Made by a program: the position numbers and the translations under genes. A stretch of 63,847 nt of DNA, the filler included, from Neolecta irregularis DAH-3 (taxonomy: Eukaryota): NCBI GenBank assembly GCA_001929475.1. It is 4 parts of 4 records of this genome, joined end to end, with 100 filler letters (N's around TTAATTAATTAA, not from the genome) between each part and the next. Parts side by side here need not be neighbours in the genome. Positions count along the whole stretch, not along the records: positions 53,281 to 63,847 come from LXFE01003878.1; 3 more parts are not named here. The stretch is one strand, 5' to 3'. Below are positions 55,046 through 63,847 of the stretch, piece by piece. Position 1 is the stretch's first letter. The number at the start of each line of letters is the position of its first letter. Under the pieces are notes generated by a model, which was given only the letters and a program-made list of their open reading frames with translations, did no database searches and was not told the origin of the DNA.

Positions 55046-58000
55046 TTACATATTCCTCCCAAACAATCCAGTCAAACTCTTCCTTTTATTTTCCGGTGTT
55101 GTAGGAGTCGGGGGTGGTTCAAGCGCAGCTGTACTTGTACTCAACAAAGCAGCCTTGCGTCGTCGGCGAGCTGAGCCGGCTCCCTTTTCTTCCACCGCCT
55201 CTAGGAGATGCCATTTTGTACCGTCAGGAAGATTACACGGGTTGTCGTTTGGTGCATTTTCAGAATCAACTATGGATTCTTCAAGACCCGAAATCCGGGC
55301 AAGTAAGAACTCGCGCGACGCAAGACGATGACAATCTTCCTCCTTCAAGAAATAATGCGGCGAACTTTGATTAAAAGCTGCCCAAGGCTTTTGACCATTG
55401 TTATTCCGTGTTGGCAGAAATAAAGCAAGGTCATCTTTCATAAAACTGTATGTCAGATCACAACACTTGAGAAACTCATACTTTCGATAAGCAATCTTAT
55501 CCCAAGCTTCATCCCTCGCCTTGTTGGCCTTTTCGCGATACCCCTTGGACTCTTTCTGCCATTTCCTAGCCATATATTCCGTTTCTAGTACACGCTTCTT
55601 GACCGTCTCTGAAAATGCATCAAAATCAAATTTAACCGTGTTCAAAAACTGGGCAAATTTCTCTCCTTCTTCTTCGCTATCTGGCGCGTTCGTCCAATAT
55701 AGTACGGTATTATCCGGAGTAAATTGGACTTTGTCGTCATTTACAGGCGACATGATTCCATTTTGCCTATGAGCGTCGAAACCAAGGGCAACAAGCAACT
55801 CGCTGGCTCGAGCATAAAAAGTGTAAAGACGTTGAGTCAGGTTTTGTGCCCGAATCGTCCGCGAATACAGACGAGATTGGAGTGTGTTAATCTTCTGTTC
55901 ATAATCATATGTCTTTTTCAATTGCATGTCGAATTTCTCGTTCAAAGTCGACTTTTCAGATTTAAGTGATTCAGTTTCCTGTTGAAGCTATCCATTAGTC
56001 TAGAGATAATTAAAGGAATACCTGGTCATATTGTTTCTCCACAGAATCCAATATGAAAGAAAGTGATAGTTCATCAGTGAGATCCTTTGGGGCCGATAGT
56101 CCTCGAATATTGGCTACAAGCTTCTCCAGCTCCATCTCAAGGTCTTTCCGCCGAGCATATTCTTGGTCCACATCGCGTTTCGAACTTTCAAGCATTGACA
56201 ACACTTGCAAGTTTTGAGCTTTCTGGGTGTCATGTTCCGCGACCAGCATCCCATATTGTTCATCCCGGTTGGCAAGTTCTTCCTTCATCTTGACCTGCAA
56301 TTCCTCAAATTTCTGAAGAGCATTGTCTTTATCTATAGTCGTCGCCAGAAAATTCTCCTCCAGCTTACCATATCGATATCTGAGAAGATCAAGTTGTTCT
56401 TCATTCCAATTCGCTTCAGCAGCTACCACATCTTCGCTCATCTTGATAGCCTTCCGAAGCTCGTTGATAGCCCGTGAACCTACTTCTAATTGATCCTGAT
56501 GGAGACGTGAAGCGACCTCTCGATCTTTTCGCCAAGTATCAAGTTCTTCCTCGAGTTCTCCCATCCGCATATGCAAATCTTCATTATCTCCCCGAAGTTG
56601 ACAAATCAAATCTTCAAGTTCTTCAATCTTGTCTTCATCTTCTAATTCTTCTATTCGATGAACCAGCTCATCAATCTGAGCACGTAGGTCTTTTCTTTCA
56701 GATACAAAATCAGCTTGTTGGGCTTCCAGATTTTTGAGAAGATCGTTCTTAACTTCATCAGTCTCAAGCAGTCTTGAATTCAAAATCTTCTCAGAAGTGG
56801 CTTTCAATTCCAGCTCTACTTTCAACGAGGAAATCTCCTCAGTATACTTTTCGAGTTCTTGTTTGTATTGTGGAGATAAAGGTATCGCCATGGGTGAACT
56901 TTCCACATTTTCCGACGTGAGTGCTTTTATTTTGGCTTTAAGTGATTCGATTTCTTCCGCTTGCCGAGAGATTTCGTCTATAGCATTTTTTGAAACAGAT
57001 TCCCTATCTCTACGCACTATTCGCGGCGAAGGCCCTGTATTATCGCTCTGTGGGGATATGGGTGTAGTAGGTGAACTGTAATTATGGACATTTGCATCAA
57101 GAGTGGGGTTTTGTTGATTCTGCTTGAATAGCATTTCTTCGAGATTACGAATTCGAGAGAGATGGTTCTTCATGTTAGCTCAATTAATCATATAAACTTA
57201 CCTTGCATTGCTCCTCAAGAGCCTCTTTTTCTCGATTGATTATAGCCAGTTGGTTCATGTCAGGAGGATCTGTAAGAGAAACGATTCTACGGGTACTAAT
57301 CCGATTGGACTTGAACGCCTTGGCATTCAGGCCTCCGTTGAGAAAATCAGCCGTCGAATTCGCGAGCGATATTCTTTCTGCTGTCCGGACAGCGTCGTTC
57401 AAGCGCAATAACATTTCGTTATCAAAACCAAAACTCTGTAACAATTCAATATAACTCATGACTTCTTCACGCGTGACACGAACGACTGTTCCAGACTGAA
57501 CGTTGAACGTGATTTCAGCAGTTTTCTCGACTTCAGCCTTGATGCGAGAATTGATTTCAATAAACTGCTGAACCCATTTCTGACGCCGAGATTCTTCCAC
57601 ATCATTCAGATCTTTGAGATCCTCGGAAATCTTCGTGGCTCGTTTCAGAATCCATTCGCCCCAGATAGTTCGTCTGTAATACTCAATAAGAAGACTCCCA
57701 TAGGCCTCTGGAATCGAATTTACCTCCTCGAGCAACATCCGGTCGTTTTGATCTTCCAGACTAAACTGAACGAGTCCAGATATAGTGTTGCGAAGATGAA
57801 TCATCTGTATCTGTATTTGTGACAGATCCTGCAGATGTAAAAGAGCGTTTCGTGATAAAGATAGCTGTAAAGTCAATTGTGCCGGCATAAGGTGTTGCCA
57901 TACTTTCATCTTCATGATATTCTCAAATTTGAGATACAATGTGGAAGACCATGTAGATAATGTCGGAATATGCTCATCCGTATGCGATTGATGGTATTTA

Positions 58001-59031
58001 AGCTTTCGCTCCTGAGACTGTGGTCTTGACGATTGAACATACAGATCTCGAAATTCTGATACATTAACTGCAGGTAAGGGAGATCAGGAACCTCTGTCGA
58101 CCTGTGCGGCGGTGCGCACAATATCTTCAATCACCCACGACACCCTGTCGAGAGACTCTAAGGAAGTATTCTTGCTTGTAGTTAGCAACCTTGAGAATTA
58201 GATACATACGTCCATAACGCAACCTTCTTTTTCAGGTCCTCTGTATTTTTCCCAATATCTGCAAACACACTTGAGGCTTTCAAGACATCTGATCGAAAGG
58301 CCTCGTTGGACTCGAAATACCGATTTTTCGCAGATTGAACTAATTCCATATCGATTAAATCTGAGAGATTTGTCACATCAAGTATTCCAGATTTTATTTG
58401 AATTTTCCCGAGATTTTCGAGGCGAGAATCGAAATCTGTCAATAAACAGTCTTGCTCCTGAAGGTCTTTCATAGCATTTTGTTCCCATGCGGTGACATTT
58501 TGCAAGACCGTCTTTGTCTGGGTATTCAAATTGGCGATAGCAACCGCCACAGATTGCTGTATTACCCCAATTGCAGTTTTCTCTTCGTTGATGGTATATC
58601 TCATATCGACAGCATATTGTGCAACCTCTTTCGCCCATTGGACGCGTGCTTGAAAAGCAGAAATGCTGTTCTCGTTGCCGAATGGAAGTTCGGGAGCTTT
58701 CTCAATAGGTTCGAAGGAATCATGTAACGAACTTTCGGCGTTGTCGGCCAAAAGTTCGCGGTTGAACACGAACAAATCTTCCTAAACCCAGATTAGTAAC
58801 TTTAGCAAAGCGTGTTTTACGAACATCATCCCGGAGGTCTTGGATTTTGAAATTATCCCCTCTCGAGGTCATCAATATCTGAGTGGCCGTACTGATATGA
58901 GCCTTGTGAGCAATCCATGCTTTCAATTCAGAAAAGCTAAAGGTATTAGATTTCGTTTCTGAAAATATTACGTACGAAGCACAGCGTGGAGGGGTTAGAG
59001 TATACCCCGAATGTGCCTCGAAGACTCTCAT
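55046..59031 (-). CDS. ATG11: Autophagy scaffold Atg11
   Basis: N-terminal QILMT..G and FVFNR, YGSLLIE..RR, long coiled coil, C-terminal KIAYR.F..DDLALFLPTRN..WAAFN..PHYFL claw domain. Confidence 0.92.
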
Positions 59032-59393
59032 TCTTCCCACCGCAAAGATCGAGCATGTAAAGAAAGCAGAATAGCAGGTGAATATGGTATAGTGCACACG
59101 AAATAGATTTGGGCTTGTTTGGGCGAAAGCTTGATCAGAATCTGGAGAGCCACGACCGCAAGCGTGTTCCTCTTATCGGCCCGATTGGCGTTAGACGAAT
59201 AGACGATTTTCTTCACAAAAGCATCAAGTTTACTAGACATGCATTTATAAAGAAGATTTGTACACCAAGTATTAAGATTCTAGAAATATATAGCCCGCTT
59301 CGGGATGGACCGGAACGTTCTTCGATTTGATCATTTGTAAAAGTAAAGATCACGACAAAAATTTTCTAGATCTTGTCGAATCCATTCTGCGAA

Positions 59394-60631
59394 ATGTTTC
59401 GCACGTCCCTCAGAAAGTCTTCTAGTGCATCTATGTCCAAGATCATTCGCATGAGTCATAGTGCAACTACCGCTTCTCCGACGAGATCAAAGTTTCTTAC
59501 GTTCGTTGCTTTGACTACACTTGCAGTCTCATACCAGCTCTACTCAGCGGCCCCCATTCGCCTAGATGCGAAAGGTGCTTGTCTTTCTGTAGTGCTTGTT
59601 TAATACCATTTAGACCAAGGCGTCTCACATCCTGTGAAACCAATTGCATCAAAAGCATCAACGCTCGCCCAAAAGAGATCAGGGCCTGAAGCATCTACGA
59701 CGAAAGATCCAGCATCAAAGTCCAGGTCAGATCGTGAAAAATCACAGGAAGCATCTAAAGGAGATGAACCTATCAAGAAAGCGCAAGATCATACCGCGAA
59801 TGAAACAGGACAGAATAGTGGAAATGCATCAAATAAAAAGGATGTTATCTCTCGTATCTTCACCATTCAAAACATGCTCACACTCTAGATGATCAGCCTG
59901 TGAAAGCCCCCATGGAGAATGATTCCCAGGTTCATTCACCCAACAACACAACGGTTAAGCCGGCTCATGACGGCATTATCCCTTTCTTGAATGCACTAAC
60001 TTTATAGAAGAACAACCTCAGCAGGGTCTCGGTCAAGAAGACGAAGGCCAAGATGGTGCTTATAGTATACAGACAAATATCCCGATCGGAATTTAATTTC
60101 TAGATGAAGTTACTGGTGAAATTAACTGGGACTGTCCATGTCTAGGTGGAATGGCCCACGGACCATGCGGAGAAGAATTCAAGGAAGCCTTTAGTTGTTT
60201 CGTTTATTCCAAGACAGAACCAAAGGGGAGCGAATGCATTGAGAAATTCAAATCAATGCAAGATTGTTTCAAGGAACATCCAGACATCTATAGTGATCGT
60301 ATGGTAACCTTGGATTGTTAAGCTGATTTCTACAGAGTTTGATGACGACAATGCAGAAGAGCAATCGAAGGATGAAATGGAGACATTTGAACACCCGGCC
60401 GAGAAAGAGGATGCTATGCCTAATCAACCAACCACAAAAGCTCAGTCTAAGGAAGAAAAAAGACAACCAAAAGACAACAAATCAGGGACGTCGAAGTCAG
60501 AGAAGATGACCCAGAGGAGGGGACCGACTTCTAGTGATCCAGGCTCTCAGGAGGAGTTGGACAATAAACAGATCAAGACAATGCCTGAGGAATCGTCCGC
60601 CGCTAAGAAAGTATCCAAGTCAAAGAATTAA
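59394..60631 (+). CDS. MIA40: Mitochondrial IMS import receptor Mia40
   Basis: [43 protein letters not shown] (CPC plus twin CX9C); presequence and TM. Confidence 0.95.
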
Positions 60632-60751
60632 CAAAATATATTCATATCATCTCGGTAATTTCGGATTAATTTCTTTTTATTAGGAATAATGTCCAAAATA
60701 CATAGTGTATCAACAGAAGATTTTTATTCAAAAAATTCATCCTGATTAGAG

Positions 60752-61983
60752 TCACCAACTTCTCCTCTGTTCGTGGTCCAATACAAGATCTAATTTGTCG
60801 CCTGTAATCTTTGGACAGGTCGGGTAAAAAAAGGGCTGCACAATCTCATCAACCACGTTCATAAATAAAGATTCGACAATATCTCCCAATTCGTTTCCAG
60901 TTTGTTTAAAGTCGGGATACTTGCGGTCAGATAATGTTCACCACGGAGGAGATCTCACTGCGTTGACTTCTAAAAGATATACGTTCAATTGATCATCGAT
61001 CAGATAATCCACACCAAATATTTCAAAAGCATTAGGTAATGTCTGGAATTAAATTCCAAAACAGATCACTTGCGTACCTGAAAATGGACACTTTGTGTCG
61101 ACAGCGCACTTTGAAAAACCTCTCTCGTTACGATCTTCAGTCTTTCGTAAATAGTGCCTTTCCCTTCAAACTCTAAATCCCAAAACCTCTGAACATGCTG
61201 CCCTGGATATTCTTGACGACAAGTATTAGTCAAGTGTACATCTAAATCAGTCGACTCATTCGGGGTTCGATATTCTTTGCTCGCAAATAAGGATAACATA
61301 TCTCGATAAACATAAACCTTCATACTACCGAACGCAACAATATAAGCACGAATATGAAATTTTCGATTATTCAGTAAAAGGGGATTCGAGATATATTTCT
61401 GGATAACGAAATGTCGAAGTTGACTTGTTATTATTCCATCATCTCCTTCATCTTCACTGTCTGACTCTTCAAAGCTCCTGAATATTTCTTCTAGTTCGTG
61501 ATACGAACTGAACAATCGAATCCCTTGTCCCCGATCTGCCATTCCGGGTTTCAGTATGAACCAAGTCTTATCAACTCTAGATCCATTCGATTCAAGCTCG
61601 TCTTTGAGTTCGTAGGAGTCAGATAATGCTTCATCCAAATATTCGACATAGTCTATTTCTATTGCCCATGTCTCGATCCGATGATATTTCAAATATGAAT
61701 TTGGACATTTTGTGATGTATGTATCAATGGTTTGTTGAAGGTAGTGTTTCCTGATAAGCGCTTTTCGGATAATATAGGCGCAACATAGCGAAGTAGTTTG
61801 ATGTTTTAAAAAATATTCAAAGTCAATTTCTTCGTAATCTGACCAGCAAAGGAATTTCTCTGATTGTTCTACAGGAGATTTGCAGGTATATTTTGCTTCG
61901 GGAAATCTGAGAGCAAAGACGCTGCGTAGTCTTTGTAAAGCGTAGTCATCCGTGTATTTCAAATGGATTGTTAGCGTAGACAT
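60752..61983 (-). CDS. Tubulin-tyrosine-ligase (ATP-grasp) domain protein, Pby1-like without SurE domain
   Basis: YIIRKALIRKH, ILKPGMADRGQGIRLF, QLRHFVIQKYI, RKFHIRAY, HLTNTC, LLEVNAYPDF. Confidence 0.9.
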
Positions 61984-61999
61984 TTCCAGGGACGCCTAA

Positions 62000-62234
62000 T
62001 GTAAGTAATACGCCTGAGGTAAAACTAAGACTAGGTTTAATTGTCCAACCTATGTGATATGAACATAACTCCCAGGGAATATACCTAACCTATGTTATAT
62101 GAATGTAACTCAGGTTAGGTATATGTTGTTCCCTTCTTTATATTTTATATATGTACTGTAAGTGTTCCCCTGAAGTACGAATAAGACCCGGTATATATTC
62201 TAACCAAGGTAAGTGAACTTCTATATACATGAGT
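62000..62234 (+). mobile_element. Two diverged LTR-like fragments
   Basis: TGTAAG starts at 62000 and 62157, followed by family-like taagactaggtt...cctatgtg and tacgaataagacc..tatattcta. Confidence 0.55.
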
Positions 62235-62244
62235 NNNNNNNNNN

Positions 62245-62482
62245 GTCCATCACCTCCTTGCTCTGATGCACTGTCACCTGGAACCCATTCTACCATCAGC
62301 CTGTTCTATCTTGGCCCAAATACAGTATCAACAATATTCAAATCATCATCTGTAATCAACGCTGCGATTTGAATTATACGGTCTTTGGCGCGGTCCAGTC
62401 CTGTCATTTCACAGTCGACCCAAATTAACGAATGCATTAAATGGTAATATCGAGACGTTGCTTTTAATATTGTCGCACGCAT
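62245..62482 (-). CDS. REX2: Oligoribonuclease paralog C, 5' part (rest in gap or lost)
   Basis: [37 protein letters not shown], intron, [15 protein letters not shown]. Confidence 0.8.
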
Positions 62483-62574
62483 AGAAGAAAAAATATGATA
62501 TCATTCCATCCGTTTCGGAATTTATATTCCCACAATATTATTTTATATTGTTATCCGTATTTTATTGTTATTGG

Positions 62575-62665
62575 TATTTTATATTATCGGTATTATATTA
62601 TCGGTATTATATTATCGGTATTATATTATCGGTATTATATTATCGGTATTTATATCGGTATTTAT
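62575..62665. repeat. 14-bp minisatellite (TATTATATTATCGG), ~5 copies plus degenerate ends
   Basis: Directly visible; bracketed by direct repeat tttatattcccacaat at 62521 and 62661. Confidence 0.92.
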
Positions 62666-62744
62666 ATTCCCACAATGTTGAGTACAATGTTATTTTATTC
62701 TTGAAATTACATTCTCCTACGTGCCTATTTCCTGGTATTCGACC

Positions 62745-63453
62745 TCAACGTAACCAAAGTCTCTTGTATCCAGCAAGCTGTTTTATCGAAGCTCGGATAT
62801 CAGACATGGCAGTATGGTCAGCAGGTGTAGCCCTATGCATAATCTTCTTCATAATAGGCGAGTTCCACCGCTTAGCTAATTCCCTGATCGTCGAAACATC
62901 TACTAAATCAGAAAAGAATATATCTAAAATGACCAATCATTCGGTGACTGAGATGAGCAATCACATTTGGCATATCGTTCTCCATGAATCGTCGGTCATA
63001 GTAGACTGACGAACCGCACAGGATACCATGGCCCGGCGCCACCCGCTTCGAAATATATTCCAAAACTCGTTGTTGTGCGTCTTCAGTCGTAATTGTAGAT
63101 TCTTTGACAGCCGCAAGTAACCCGCTTTTCTCATGTTGTTTAGCACTCCACTCATTCATCCCTTCCAATACTTGTGCAGGATGCGAAATTACAAGTTCAA
63201 TGCCCTGTTAGTAAATACAATAACCAGATATACAAACCGGATCCAGAATTTGGAGTTTATCATTTGTTATGAGGACTGCTATCTGGATAATCTTGTCATT
63301 CTTCGTATCAAGACCAGTCATTTCACAGTCAATCCATGTGTACTTGGACGGCGACGCATGTCTGCCTTGGCCTGGTCGCTTTTTACTAGTGCTTTTAAAG
63401 CGATGTGTTAAGAAAAAAGTCGTGCGAGGCCGATAAAGGCGAACAGCGTTCAT
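62745..63453 (-). CDS. REX2: Oligoribonuclease paralog B (complete, 3 exons)
   Basis: [59 protein letters not shown]. Confidence 0.9.
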
Positions 63454-63498
63454 TGGCGGTGATTCAAAAAATTACATTTAAATGCACCATCATATAAC

Positions 63499-63847
63499 CT
63501 ATCTAAGCCATGTTTTCCGATAGTGTCTCAAGTCTGATAAACTCGCTCGAATATCTTGCATTGCCAGGTGAGCAGATTGGCCCTGTCTAGCAATCCTGAC
63601 ATCCGGTCTCCAGCGTCTCGCCAGTTCGCTGATACAAGACACATCTAGAGGGTCAAGGATGGATCGGGTATATGCGCGCACCTATACTGCGATGGCTGAG
63701 ATACGCTGCGAAGCGGGGCATGTGGACCTCAAGAAACGCCCTGTCAAAATGCACAGAGTAGCCGCAGAGGNNNNNNNNNNATCCATCACCTCCTTGCTCT
63801 GATGCACTGTCACCTGGAACCCATTCTACCATCAGCCTGTTCTATCT
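63499..63847 (-). CDS. REX2: Oligoribonuclease copy D, 3' part (gap inside; extends beyond window)
   Basis: LCGYSVHFDRAFL, DVSCISELARRW, HLAMQDIRASL. Confidence 0.8.

Noticed and set aside
62575-62665. Array as CRISPR or telomeric repeat
   Set aside because: No spacers, eukaryotic context, internal position, no G-rich telomeric unit
62495-63009. ORFs with YYRYYIIGIILSV repeats
   Set aside because: Translation of the minisatellite and antisense of Orn paralog B

Overview
Eukaryotic (ascomycete fungal) draft-scaffold DNA: gene-dense, with many very short introns (~30-50 nt) and degenerate splice donors. A Taphrinomycotina/Neolecta-like origin is an inference from style, not a database match. 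Most of the window is housekeeping genes: DNM1, TPC1, ORT1, TMA22, SDH1, RHO3, VMA2, SNU66, CSR1, LCL3, RRG9, IES2, UFE1, BNA3, PRM1, a mitochondrial AAA ATPase, a KH protein, TRP5, NOG2, ISM1, NHP6, ATG11, MIA40 and a TTL-domain protein. Short accessory patches (about 3.2-6.9, 13.3-15.0, 41.2-43.1, 49.6-53.2 and 62.0-63.8 kb) carry the unusual content: (1) a local expansion of diverged oligoribonuclease (REX2/Orn) paralogs; (2) an H/ACA snoRNA (snR191/U19-like) inside the one long NOG2 intron; (3) a ~181-bp TGTAAG...CTTACA LTR family, one copy a solo LTR with a perfect 5-bp TSD; (4) GGGCC-rich hAT/MITE-like ends; (5) a decayed peroxinectin/DUOX-type heme peroxidase; (6) a split GT25 glycosyltransferase relic; (7) an orphan secreted protein; (8) a shared ~45-bp upstream element at TRP5 and ISM1. 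At least five introns need GC donors. CDS coordinates are gene spans including introns, read by eye. N-runs with TTAATTAATTAA are assembly linkers.
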